Positions 38,976-48,955 of a stretch of 64,000 nucleotides of DNA are shown piece by piece; the stretch's first letter is position 1, and each line of letters opens with the position of its first letter. This DNA comes from Acidobacteriota bacterium (lineage in GTDB: Bacteria > Acidobacteriota > UBA890 > WLXD01). The stretch lies in contig CAXWPH010000012.1 of NCBI GenBank assembly GCA_963666055.2, forward strand, positions 413,976-477,975. The letters are read 5' to 3'. A program made the translations under genes and the position numbers. The notes under the pieces are model-generated. The model was not told the origin of the DNA. It worked only from the letters and a program-made list of their open reading frames with translations, and did not search any database.

Positions 38976-40367
38976 ATGTCCTTTCGGCATCGTTCGCTTT
39001 GGCTCCAGGAAGTAGCGGGCGACGCGCCCGACGCACCTCCACTGCGCGGCCGCGCCCGAGCCGACGTTGCAATCATCGGTGGGGGCTACGTCGGACTATG
39101 GACGGCGATTCGTATCAAGCAGGCAGAACCGCGATGCGATGTCGCTATTCTCGAGCAGGACATCTGCGGTGGAGGTGCCTCCGGCCGCAACGGTGGCTTC
39201 GTGCTCTCGTGGTGGCCGAAGCTTGCCTCGCTGAGCAAGATCATCGGCACCACCGAGGCGATTCGTGTGGCGCGGAGCTCCGAGCAAGCGATAGCCGAGA
39301 TCGGCGATTTCTGCGCCGACCACGCCATCGACGCCGACTATCGCCAAGGTGGGTGGCTATGGGCCGCCACAAGTGAGGCGCAACGCGGCGCGTGGGACGG
39401 GTTGCTCGATCTCTGCGCTCGCCACGGGGTGGACGCCTTCCGGCGTCTGGACCCTGCCGACGTCGGACGCCGCAGCGGCTCGACGGCCCATCGCGAGGGT
39501 GTTTTCGAGAGCACGGCTGCCATCGTGCAGCCGGCCGCGCTAGCCCGCGGGTTGCGTCGCGTCGCATTGGAGATGGGCGTTCGGATCTTCGAGCACACGG
39601 AGATGCGAACCTTCTCGCGTCGTCGACCGGTCACGGTTGAGTGCGATAACGGAACGCTGCTTACCGACATGCTGGTCATCGCCACCAACGCCTGGGCGGC
39701 GCGCATCCCCGAACTTTCACGCGCCATCGTGGTGGTCTCCAGCGACATGATCGCTACCGCGCCGATCCCGCAAGAGCTGAACCGCATCGGCTGGGAACGC
39801 GACCTGGCGATCACCGATTCGCAACTCATGGTCGACTACTATCGCACCACCCGAGACGGCCGCATTGCTTTCGGCAAGGGCGGCAGTACCCTCGCCTACG
39901 GCGGCAACGTCGGAGGCGCCTTCGATCGCAGCGCTCGCCGCGCTCGCGAGGTCGAGGCGGACTTCCGACGCTACTACCCGTCACTCGAGCATGTGCCCAT
40001 CACTCATGACTGGTCGGGGCCCATCGATCGAACGCCCAACAGCCTCCCGTTGATGGGCCACCTCGGAGGGCTCGAGCACATCGTTTACGGGGTCGGCTGG
40101 AGCGGCAACGGGGTTGGGCCCAGCGTCGTCGGGGGCAAGGTCCTCGCCAGCCTGGCGCTGCGAACCCAGGACGAATGGTCAAACCATCCGCTGGTTGACC
40201 GGCCCACTGCCGGGTTTCCGCCTGAGCCCATTCGGTTCGTCGGTGCCCATATCGTTCGTGCGGCGGTGGCCAGCAAGGAACGCGCCGAGATTCGCGACCG
40301 CAAGCCATCGTGGCTGTCGGTGAAACTCGCCGCCCTCGCGCCATCGGGCCTCGAGGACAAGGAGTGA
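38976..40367 (+). CDS. FAD-dependent amine oxidoreductase (DadA/PuuB-like)
   Basis: SLWL, DVAIIGGGYVGLWTA, GASGRNGG, VQPAALARGL, WSGPID, GWSGNGVGPS. Confidence 0.88.
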   Translation: MSFRHRSLWLQEVAGDAPDAPPLRGRARADVAIIGGGYVGLWTAIRIKQAEPRCDVAILEQDICGGGASGRNGGFVLSWWPKLASLSKIIGTTEAIRVARSSEQAIAEIGDFCADHAIDADYRQGGWLWAATSEAQRGAWDGLLDLCARHGVDAFRRLDPADVGRRSGSTAHREGVFESTAAIVQPAALARGLRRVALEMGVRIFEHTEMRTFSRRRPVTVECDNGTLLTDMLVIATNAWAARIPELSRAIVVVSSDMIATAPIPQELNRIGWERDLAITDSQLMVDYYRTTRDGRIAFGKGGSTLAYGGNVGGAFDRSARRAREVEADFRRYYPSLEHVPITHDWSGPIDRTPNSLPLMGHLGGLEHIVYGVGWSGNGVGPSVVGGKVLASLALRTQDEWSNHPLVDRPTAGFPPEPIRFVGAHIVRAAVASKERAEIRDRKPSWLSVKLAALAPSGLEDKE

Positions 40368-40563
40368 GTTTCCGAACGTCGTAGACAGGCCCTTCGACAC
40401 TTGAGAATGTCCTCCCTCCATGGTGCAATGCGCGTAGCTGCATGTCATCCTTGAGGGCAACATCGGGCCACCATCGATCGGTGACCGCCGGCGGGGCGCG
40501 AGCAACGCCGAGGGCGGGCGGGAGACGTATGTCGTGAGAGCTGGTGCGGAGCGCATCCGTGCG

Positions 40564-43020
40564 ATGTCGCGGCTGGCAGCAGCTACTCTGGGTGCCGGCT
40601 TGGTCGCAACGAGCCTGAGCGCCGCGGGCCCGGCGCAGAACAACACGAGGCGGGTCGATCTGCCACCGGCGGCCAACGAGATCGCCGCGAGTGCCGCAGG
40701 CTACCAGTCGCAGAATCGTGTCATCGGCCAGTATTGCGTGCGCTGCCACAACGACGCGAACCGTACCGCCGGCCTGTCGCTCGAGTCGTTCGACGTGGCT
40801 CGTGCCGACGAGAGCGCCGAAATCGTCGAAAAGATGATCCGCAAGCTGCAGGCCGGCATGATGCCGCCGCCGCCGCTGCGCCGGCCCGACCGGGCGACCG
40901 TCAACGCGCTGGTGACGTCGTTGGCAGGGCGCATCGATGATGCTGCGGCGGCCGGATTCTACGGCGGGGGCCGCACGTTTCAGCGGCTCAATCGCGCCGA
41001 GTACGAGCGTTCCGTGCGCCACTTGTTGGATCTTGAGATCGATGCCGACGCTTATCTGCCGCCCGACACGATCAGCGAGGGATTCGACAACGTGGCCGAT
41101 GTACAGGGTTTGTCGGTAACGGTGATGCAGGGGTTCTTGGCGGCGGCCGGCGAAGTGAGCCGCATGGCGCTCGGCAACGTAAGGGCCACGCCGAGCGCGA
41201 CGACATATTCGGTGTCGCGCTTCGCTTCACAGCGGCAGCAAGTGGACGGCGCGCCTTACGGCACGCGCGGCGGACTCTCGGTGATCCACCATTTCCCGGC
41301 CGATGCCGAGTACACGTTTGCGATGGATTTCTACGACTCGCCGATCGCCGCGCTGTTCGGCATGCGCACGCTACACGACGAGCAGATCGAGATCTCCATC
41401 AATGGCGAGCGGGTGGCGCTGGTAGATATCGATCGGTGGATGAACGCCGACAACGGTCTCCTCGAGGCCGATGCTCCGATCTTTGTCAGGGCGGGACCAC
41501 AACGCGTATCGGCGGCGTTTCTACAGCGCTTCGAGGGGCCTGTCGAAGACGCGCTCTCACCGCACGAGTGGAGCCTGGCCGACAAGAAGATCGGCAGCTC
41601 GTACGGGGTGACTTCCTTGCCGCATTTGCAGGACCTGATCATCGGTGGGCCCTACAACGCGAGGGGCGTGTCGGCAACGCCGAGCCGCGACCATATCTTT
41701 AGCTGCCGGCCTACGGCTCCAGACGAGGAGCTGCCGTGCGCTCGCCAGATCGTCTCGCGCCTGGCAACCGAGGCCTACCGACGGCCGCTGACAAGCGCCG
41801 ACGTCGATGCGCTGATCAGTTTCTACGAGAATGGTGCCGCCGGGGGCGGGTTCGAGATCGGAATCCGAGATGCCCTACAGGCAATCCTGGCGAGCCCCCA
41901 CTTCATCTTCCGTTTCGAGCAGGCAGCTGCCGACCTGCCAGCCGCATCGCATCGGATCAGCGATCTGACCCTTGCCTCGCGACTGTCATTCTTCCTCTGG
42001 GCCGCCGCCCCCGACGACGAGCTGGTTGAGCTGGCCCGGCACGGTCAGCTGTCCGACCCGCGGGTTATCGAGGTCCAAGTAGCCCGGATGCTGGCCGATC
42101 CGCGCGCGGCGTCGCTAGGCACGCGTTTCGCCGCCCAATGGCTTCGCCTCCAGGATCTGTACCTGGTGCAGCCGGATGCGGTGATGTACCCCGATTTCCC
42201 ACGACAGCTCGCCGATGCCATGCGCCAGGAGACCGAGCTGCTCTTCAACTATCTCGTGCGGGAAGATCGTGGCGTTCTCGAGTTGCTGACCGCCGACTAC
42301 ACGTTCGTCAACGAGCGTTTGGCCAGACACTACGGAATCCCGAATGTCGCCGGCACGCATTTCCGCAAGGTGCCCCAGAGCGATCGCAATCGACGAGGTA
42401 TTCTGGGGCACGGCAGCTTTCTCACCCTCACCTCGCACTCCAACCGAACCTCTCCGGTGCTGCGCGGCAAGTGGCTGATGGAGGTTCTGCTGGGCACTCC
42501 GCCTCCGCCTCCGCCTGCGGACGTGCCGGATCTCGAAGACAGCGATTTCGTCGGCGATACCAAGCTCACCACGGTGCGCGAGCGACTCGAGCAGCATCGT
42601 GCCGATCCGACCTGCATGTCGTGCCACCGGGTTATTGATCCGCTCGGCCTGGCGCTCGAGAACTTCGACGTCATGGGATCCTGGCGCATCAACGACAACG
42701 GCGTGCCGGTTCAGGTTGCGGGCGAGCTGTACGACGGTACGCAGCTGGAGGGCCCCATCGACCTGCAACGGGCGCTGCTGAACTACTCCGACGCCATCAT
42801 CACGAACTTCGCCAAGAACCTCATGGCCTATGGACTCGGCCGGCGGATCGAGTACACCGACATGCCTTTCATTCGGGCCATCGTTGCCGACGCGCGTAGG
42901 AATGACGACAGGATGTCGTCGTTCATCCTCGGCATCGTTCGCAGTCCCTTATTCCAGACCAACGACCGCGCATTGCGCATACAGGTAGCCGACGGCGATG
43001 GCGTCGAACACCGACCTTGA
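40564..43020 (+). CDS. DUF1587/1595/1592/1588/1585 planctomycete-type c-cytochrome protein
   Basis: CVRCH, GMMPP, RLNRAEY, LASRLSFFLW..PD, FAAQWL, RTSPVLRGKW, CMSCH..IDPLG.ALENFD; start uncertain (GTG 40534 or ATG 40564). Confidence 0.9.
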   Translation: MSRLAAATLGAGLVATSLSAAGPAQNNTRRVDLPPAANEIAASAAGYQSQNRVIGQYCVRCHNDANRTAGLSLESFDVARADESAEIVEKMIRKLQAGMMPPPPLRRPDRATVNALVTSLAGRIDDAAAAGFYGGGRTFQRLNRAEYERSVRHLLDLEIDADAYLPPDTISEGFDNVADVQGLSVTVMQGFLAAAGEVSRMALGNVRATPSATTYSVSRFASQRQQVDGAPYGTRGGLSVIHHFPADAEYTFAMDFYDSPIAALFGMRTLHDEQIEISINGERVALVDIDRWMNADNGLLEADAPIFVRAGPQRVSAAFLQRFEGPVEDALSPHEWSLADKKIGSSYGVTSLPHLQDLIIGGPYNARGVSATPSRDHIFSCRPTAPDEELPCARQIVSRLATEAYRRPLTSADVDALISFYENGAAGGGFEIGIRDALQAILASPHFIFRFEQAAADLPAASHRISDLTLASRLSFFLWAAAPDDELVELARHGQLSDPRVIEVQVARMLADPRAASLGTRFAAQWLRLQDLYLVQPDAVMYPDFPRQLADAMRQETELLFNYLVREDRGVLELLTADYTFVNERLARHYGIPNVAGTHFRKVPQSDRNRRGILGHGSFLTLTSHSNRTSPVLRGKWLMEVLLGTPPPPPPADVPDLEDSDFVGDTKLTTVRERLEQHRADPTCMSCHRVIDPLGLALENFDVMGSWRINDNGVPVQVAGELYDGTQLEGPIDLQRALLNYSDAIITNFAKNLMAYGLGRRIEYTDMPFIRAIVADARRNDDRMSSFILGIVRSPLFQTNDRALRIQVADGDGVEHRP

Positions 43021-43104
43021 CTGCAACCTTGCCGGAACAATTGGAGCTCGATTGACCCGCGGAAACGGGGGGACGGCGGTATACAACCGAGCCTTGGAGG
43101 AACG

Positions 43105-44496
43105 ATGTTCATTCTGAACAAGCCGCTTCCGCGCCGCACAGTTCTGCGCGGCGTGGGCGCAACCGTTGCATTGCCCTTGCTCGACGCGATGGTGCCAGCA
43201 GCTAGCTGGGCGCGGACTGGCGTCAACACCACCGATCCCATTCGGCTGATCTGTATCGAAATGGTGCACGGCGCTGCCGGCTGCAACGACTACGGTGCTT
43301 CGAAGAACTACTGGTCGCCCGCCGATACGGGCCGCCAATTCGATCTCAGCCCGAGCTCGCTGCGCGCCCTCGAGCCGTTTCGCGAATACCTGACCATCAT
43401 CAGCAATACCGACTGTCAGGGCGCCGAGGCGGTTATCCCCAAGGAGATCGGCGGCGATCACTTCCGCTCGAGCGCCGTCTTCCTGACCCAGGCGCACCCG
43501 CTGCAAACTCAGGGCTCGGACGTGCGCGTCGGCACCTCCATGGATCAGCTGTACGCCCAGCGCTTCGGTCAGAACACGCCGATTCCGTCAATGCAGCTGT
43601 GTATCGAGAACGTCGATGCCGCAGGCGGATGCGCGTACGGATACGCCTGCGTGTACACCGACACGATCAGTTGGGCTGCCCCGAATCGGCCGCTACCGAT
43701 GATCCGAGATCCTCGCGTGGTCTTCGATCAGCTGTTCGGTGTCGGGGGTACCCCGGAGGAGCGCGCCGAGCGCCGGCGAGCGGATCGCAGCATTCTCGAC
43801 TGGATAACCGGCGAGGTCTCACGCCTGAAGACCGGCTTCGGACCCGAAGATCGGCGGCGCATAGATCGGTATCTCGAGAATGTTCGTGAGATCGAGCGCC
43901 GAATACTGCGAATCGAGGAGCGCAACGCGAGCGGTGAGGTACGCGAGCTGCCCGCGGCCCCAGCGGGCGTGCCGGACTCCTTCGAGGAGCACGTCAAGCT
44001 CATGTTCGACCTCCAGGTTCTGGGCTTCGCTGCCGATGTGACCCGCGTGTTCTCGTTCAAGATGGGGCGCGACGCTTCGTCGCGCGTCTATCCAGAGAGC
44101 GGCACCAACAAGGGCTTCCACCCCGCCTCACACCACGGAGGCAAGGAAGAAAACGTCGACGAGTTTGCCCTCATCAACGACTACCACGTCAGCTTGATGC
44201 CGTACTTCCTGGAGCAGCTGCGGAACACGATGGAGGGTGACAGTAGTCTGCTCGACAAGAGCATGGTGATCTACGGGTCGCCGATGGGCGATCCGAACCT
44301 CCACAATCACAAGAGGTGCCCGTTGTTCGTTGTCGGCGGCGCCAACGGCCAGCTCGATGGGAACCTCCACCTGCGAGCCGACGCCGCCACCCCGATGGCC
44401 AACGTCATGTTGAGCCTGATGCACAAGCTCGGCCACAACGACATGACGAGCTTCGGTGATAGCACCGGCGAGTTCTCGCTATCGGCGCCGGCGTGA
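43105..44496 (+). CDS. DUF1552 (HXXSHH) protein, Tat leader
   Basis: LPRRTVLRGVGATVALPLLDAM, SMDQ, VFDQLFG, SILD, FHPASHH, FGDSTG; GGAGG RBS. Confidence 0.92.
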   Translation: MFILNKPLPRRTVLRGVGATVALPLLDAMVPAASWARTGVNTTDPIRLICIEMVHGAAGCNDYGASKNYWSPADTGRQFDLSPSSLRALEPFREYLTIISNTDCQGAEAVIPKEIGGDHFRSSAVFLTQAHPLQTQGSDVRVGTSMDQLYAQRFGQNTPIPSMQLCIENVDAAGGCAYGYACVYTDTISWAAPNRPLPMIRDPRVVFDQLFGVGGTPEERAERRRADRSILDWITGEVSRLKTGFGPEDRRRIDRYLENVREIERRILRIEERNASGEVRELPAAPAGVPDSFEEHVKLMFDLQVLGFAADVTRVFSFKMGRDASSRVYPESGTNKGFHPASHHGGKEENVDEFALINDYHVSLMPYFLEQLRNTMEGDSSLLDKSMVIYGSPMGDPNLHNHKRCPLFVVGGANGQLDGNLHLRADAATPMANVMLSLMHKLGHNDMTSFGDSTGEFSLSAPA

Positions 44497-46397
44497 TTCG
44501 GTCAGCGATGAGCTTTCGACGAAACAGCATGCTCCGACGATACGCAGGCCGACCGACCGTCGCGCTGATCGTCGCCGTTTGTCTGCCCGCGCTGGTGGCA
44601 GCGGCACCGAGTGCCTCACCGGTAGCCGACGCGGCGATGCGCGGCGATGCCGAGGCAGTGCACTCGTTGCTCCGGCAAGGCGCCGATGTAAACGCGGCCC
44701 AGGGTGATGGCATGACCGCCCTGCACTGGGCGGCGCGCAACGACGACAGCGCCATGCTCGAGATGCTGATCTACGCTGGTGCCAACCCCACCGCGGTCAC
44801 ACGAATCGGCGACTACACTGCGCTTCACCTGGCCGCCAAATCCGGGCACGCGCAAGCGGTCGAGGTATTATTGCGGGCCGGCAGCAGGGTGGACGCCATG
44901 ACAACGGCGGGAGGCGCGAGCGCCCTGCACTTCGCCTCGGCAGCGGGCGACTTGAACGCCATCACCGCGCTGCTGGACCATGGCGCCGACGTCAACGCAC
45001 GCGAGTCGACCTGGGGACAGACGTCGCTGATGTTTGCTGCCGCAGCGAACCGCGTCGAGGCGGTGGACCTGCTTGTTCGACGGGGCGCGGACTCCTCTAT
45101 CACGGCCAAGGTCGTCGATCTTCCTGCTTTCGAAGAACGCCTGAACGCCCAAAAGGAGCAGCGCGACCGACGCATCGCGGTGCTTCAGGCGATCGATCCG
45201 GAGGATTCCGTCGAGCCTGTGAAGCCCACGGCCTCGAGGGAGCCGCTCGACGCAACGCCGGCCGAGCCGACCGCCAATCCGACACCGGCTGCCGAGGCGA
45301 AGCCCGAGCCTGAGTCAGAGGAGACGCCATCTCCACCCGACGCCGGCTCGGCCGGATTCGAAGAGGAAGAGGACAAGGAAGAGGCGGAGGGAGAGCCGCC
45401 GAACTACGAGGACCTCGTCGGTACGCACGGCGGCATGACGGCGCTGCTGCACGCGGCACGCGAAGGTCATGGCGCCACCGTACAGGCCTTGCTGGAATCC
45501 GCAGCCGACGTCAATCTGGTCAACGCCGGCGATCGCACCAGCCCGCTACTGATGTCCGTGGTGAACGGCCACTTCGACCTGGCGATGTACCTTCTCGACC
45601 AAGGTGCCGATCCGGCCCTGGCAACCACCGGCGGCCTGACACCGCTCTACGCCGCCATAAAGGTGCAGTGGGCGCCCAAGTCGCGGTACCCACAGCAGTA
45701 CGCCTACACGCAGCAGCGCACTGGCTATATGGAGTTGCTACAGGCGCTGTTGGATGCGGGGGCCGATCCGAACGTTCGGCTCAATAAGCACCTCTGGCAT
45801 ATGTCGTACAACTTCCACCTGCTCGGCGTCGACTCCAAAGGTGCGACGCCGCTCTGGCGGGCCGCCTACGCCACCGATGTCGCGGCGATGCGGCTACTGG
45901 TCGCCCACGGCGCCGATCCGAAGGTGCCCACCCAGGTAGTGCCCAAGCGCCGGCGCTACGCGGACAGCGGCGGCGAGGACGGCAAGTCGGACCCCTCGGG
46001 TCTGCCCCCGGTGCCGATCGGCGGGCCCGCCGTATATCCCATCCACGCCGCCTCAGGCGTGGGATACGGCCAGGGCTACGCAGGGAACTCGCACCGGCAT
46101 GTGCCGGACGCGTGGTTGGCGACCGTTACGTATCTGATGGAAGAGCTCGGTGCGGACGTCAACACCCGCGACCATGACGGGTACGCGCCGCTGCACCATG
46201 CCGCCGCACGAGGAGACAATGAGCTCATCCGTTACCTCGTGGAGCACGGCGCCGATCCCACCTTGATAAGCCGCCGCGGTCAGACGACGGTCGATATGGC
46301 GAACGGACCCGTACAGCGCATCCAGCCGTTCCCCGAGACCATCGCGCTACTCGAGAGCTTGGGCGCCACGAACAGCCATAACTGCGTCTCCTGCTGA
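44493..46397 (+). CDS. secreted ankyrin-repeat protein (start may be slightly downstream)
   Basis: Multiple GADVN..G.TALH.AA repeats; acidic Pro/Glu linker; ends NCVSC. Confidence 0.9.
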   Translation: MIRSAMSFRRNSMLRRYAGRPTVALIVAVCLPALVAAAPSASPVADAAMRGDAEAVHSLLRQGADVNAAQGDGMTALHWAARNDDSAMLEMLIYAGANPTAVTRIGDYTALHLAAKSGHAQAVEVLLRAGSRVDAMTTAGGASALHFASAAGDLNAITALLDHGADVNARESTWGQTSLMFAAAANRVEAVDLLVRRGADSSITAKVVDLPAFEERLNAQKEQRDRRIAVLQAIDPEDSVEPVKPTASREPLDATPAEPTANPTPAAEAKPEPESEETPSPPDAGSAGFEEEEDKEEAEGEPPNYEDLVGTHGGMTALLHAAREGHGATVQALLESAADVNLVNAGDRTSPLLMSVVNGHFDLAMYLLDQGADPALATTGGLTPLYAAIKVQWAPKSRYPQQYAYTQQRTGYMELLQALLDAGADPNVRLNKHLWHMSYNFHLLGVDSKGATPLWRAAYATDVAAMRLLVAHGADPKVPTQVVPKRRRYADSGGEDGKSDPSGLPPVPIGGPAVYPIHAASGVGYGQGYAGNSHRHVPDAWLATVTYLMEELGADVNTRDHDGYAPLHHAAARGDNELIRYLVEHGADPTLISRRGQTTVDMANGPVQRIQPFPETIALLESLGATNSHNCVSC

Positions 46398-46436
46398 CGG
46401 GCGGGCGACGCTGGCTCTCTCGGCCTGATCGCGCCT

Positions 46437-47222
46437 CTACTTGAGCGTCACCCAGATCAGATCGATCGGGGCATCGCCCGTGTTCCCCGACTCGTGCTGC
46501 TCGCTCAGGGGAACTGCCTCCATCCAGCCGACCGAGCCGGTCTCGGAGAACGGTGACGGATCGCGCTGCACGCCGCCGCGGCGTCCCGACCAGATGCCTC
46601 CCTTGATGTGGATGTAGACCTGGTTGCCGGGATGCGAGTGGATGCCCTCCCACTCACCGGGGCGGATGATAAACCGTTGTACGACGACGCGCTCGTTCTC
46701 CAGCAGCACCTCGCCGTCAGGGTCCGCCAGGTTCGGATAGGTCAACAGAACCTGCTTGTCGGCAGGACCAACCGGCGCATCTTTCTTCAGCGTCACCCAG
46801 ATCAGATCGATCGGGGCATCGCCGGTGTTGCCGGATTCGTGCCCCTCGCTGAGCGGAATCGCCTCCATCCAGCCCACCGAACCGTCCGCGGAGGGGGAAC
46901 CGGAAGAGGTAGGCTCGCCTCCTCCAGTAATGCCGGACCACTGCCCGCCCTTGACATGCACGTAGACCTGGTTGCCGGGATGAGAGTGGATCCCCTCCCA
47001 CTCGCCCGCGCCCACGACGAACCGTTGCACCACAACAAGCTCGTTCTCGAGCAGCACCTCGCCGTCAGGGTTCGCCAGGTTCGGATAGGTCAACAGAAAC
47101 TGCTTGTCGCTGGCGGCAGTAGGCGTGGCGATTTGTTCGGTCGGTGTCGGGGTCGGCTCGCTTCCGGCAGGGGCAACGGCGAACATGAGTATGACGAGGG
47201 TCAAAATCAATCTGCGGCGCAT
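46437..47222 (-). CDS. secreted tandem-cupin protein
   Basis: Signal peptide followed by two near-identical VLLENE.VVVQRF...GIHSHPGNQVY...HESGNTGDAPIDLIWVTLK units; GGAG RBS. Confidence 0.85.
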   Translation of the reverse strand: MRRRLILTLVILMFAVAPAGSEPTPTPTEQIATPTAASDKQFLLTYPNLANPDGEVLLENELVVVQRFVVGAGEWEGIHSHPGNQVYVHVKGGQWSGITGGGEPTSSGSPSADGSVGWMEAIPLSEGHESGNTGDAPIDLIWVTLKKDAPVGPADKQVLLTYPNLADPDGEVLLENERVVVQRFIIRPGEWEGIHSHPGNQVYIHIKGGIWSGRRGGVQRDPSPFSETGSVGWMEAVPLSEQHESGNTGDAPIDLIWVTLK

Positions 47223-47400
47223 GGTTTCTCTCCTGCGCACACCAAGGCGCGCGGCCAGTTGGCTCGGAACTCGGCGGCAAGCATTCACCATGCGGGCAAC
47301 TCGTTCAAGCGTCCATGGCCGGTCGCGATTGCTCCATACCGAGGGTGGCCGTTACGATCCCCACGCAGGAGCATTCCGAATCCCCAAACACGGCGCCGAC

Positions 47401-47853
47401 ATGAAGCTTCGACCTACGACAATAGCCACGGCCACCTGCTTGGCTCTGGGCGGTTTTCTCACCGCGCTCGGTTCGCCCGCCACGGTTGGGGCAAGACAGA
47501 CTCAATCGGTGTGGAACGGGATCTATACCGTGGAGCAGGCGGAACGTGGCCGGCCGCTCTACGAAACCGCCTGCGCCGGGTGTCACGGCGCCGACCTCAC
47601 GGGCGGCGACGAAGCGCCGCTGCTTGCCGGCGGCGAGTTCGTCTGGACCTGGAACGGGCTGACGGTCGGAGCGCTATTCGAACGCATCCGTAAGTCGATG
47701 CCCGTTGACGATCCCGACAGCGTGAGTCGCCAGGAGAAGGCCGACATCCTCGCCTTCGTGTTTTCGGTCAACGAGTTTCCGGCCGGCGAGTCCGAGCTGA
47801 CTTCGCGCACCTCTGCGCTAGAACGAATCATGTTCGAGGCCATCCAGCAGTAG
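47401..47853 (+). CDS. class I c-type cytochrome, secreted
   Basis: SVWNGIYTVEQAERG, CAGCHG.DL.G, axial Met in SMP. Confidence 0.9.
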   Translation: MKLRPTTIATATCLALGGFLTALGSPATVGARQTQSVWNGIYTVEQAERGRPLYETACAGCHGADLTGGDEAPLLAGGEFVWTWNGLTVGALFERIRKSMPVDDPDSVSRQEKADILAFVFSVNEFPAGESELTSRTSALERIMFEAIQQ

Positions 47854-47911
47854 CGACCGAGCGCGCGCCGCCACAAACCTCGCGAGAGCGGTAGCGATCA
47901 GGAGAGAGACC

Positions 47912-48919
47912 ATGCGCGCAACGCAACAAATTCAGGCGGCGACCGGAGCCGCCCTACTCGCGCTCCTCGTGCCGTTGGCGGTCTTCGCCCGGGCGCAGGA
48001 CAATCCCTACCGCGTCGCCGATGCGGCCTGGGGCGAGCTCCCCGACGGTCGTACCTACGGATCCATAAGCGCGGTGCACCCGGCACCTGACGGGACCCTG
48101 TGGGTTGCCGACCGATGCGGCCAGAATAGCTGCCTCGGACGAGATGAGGCTCCCATCCTGCACTTCGATGCGTCCGGGAAGCTGCTCAACAGCTTCGGCG
48201 CCGGCTTGTTCGTGTGGCCTCACGGCATCGAGGTCGACGCGGAGGGCAACGTCTGGGTGACCGACGCCCAGGTTCGGAGCGGCCAGGGCAATCAGGTGCT
48301 GAAGTTCAGCCCGGAGGGCGAGCTGTTGCTGGCCCTGGGCCTCAAGGGCCGAGTCGACGGTGACCGCCCCGACTCGTTCACCGGACCGACGGACGTCGCC
48401 GTCACAGCGGCCGGCGACATCTTCGTCCTCGACGGACACGGCCCGCTCGGTAACAACCGTGTGGTGAGGTTCACAGGCGACGGTGAGTTGGTCACCTCTT
48501 GGGGCGAGACCGGAAGCGGGGTGGGCCAGTTTCACGATCCCCACGCTATCGACATCGATTCCCAGGGTCGTATCTTCGTCGGCGACCGCGGCAACAACCG
48601 CATCCAGATCTTCGATCAGGACGGCCACCATCTTGCTACGTGGACGCAGTTCGGGCGGCCGAGTGGCCTGTTTATCGACGCCAACGACGTTCTGTACGTG
48701 GCGGATTCGGAGTCGCACTCGGGCAACCCTGGCTACAGCCGTGGTATCCGCATCGGCAGCGCCACGGACGGCTGGGTCTCCGCCTTCATCCCCGACCCTG
48801 AGCCCAACCCCGGGAACTACATCACGAGTGGAGCGGAGGGGGTCGCGGCCGACGCCATGGGCAACGTCTTCGGCGCCGAGGTAACGAATCGGACGCTGGT
48901 GAAGTACGTCCGGCGGTAG
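47912..48919 (+). CDS. NHL-repeat beta-propeller, peptidyl-alpha-hydroxyglycine lyase (PAL)-like, secreted
   Basis: WPHGIEVD.EGNVWVTD, QVLKFSP.G, PTDVAV..GDIFVLDGH, PHAIDID, GDRGNNRIQIFD. Confidence 0.85.
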   Translation: MRATQQIQAATGAALLALLVPLAVFARAQDNPYRVADAAWGELPDGRTYGSISAVHPAPDGTLWVADRCGQNSCLGRDEAPILHFDASGKLLNSFGAGLFVWPHGIEVDAEGNVWVTDAQVRSGQGNQVLKFSPEGELLLALGLKGRVDGDRPDSFTGPTDVAVTAAGDIFVLDGHGPLGNNRVVRFTGDGELVTSWGETGSGVGQFHDPHAIDIDSQGRIFVGDRGNNRIQIFDQDGHHLATWTQFGRPSGLFIDANDVLYVADSESHSGNPGYSRGIRIGSATDGWVSAFIPDPEPNPGNYITSGAEGVAADAMGNVFGAEVTNRTLVKYVRR

Positions 48920-48955
48920 TCGCGCCGCGCCGCGGGCAGAACGCTGTTCCGCCGC

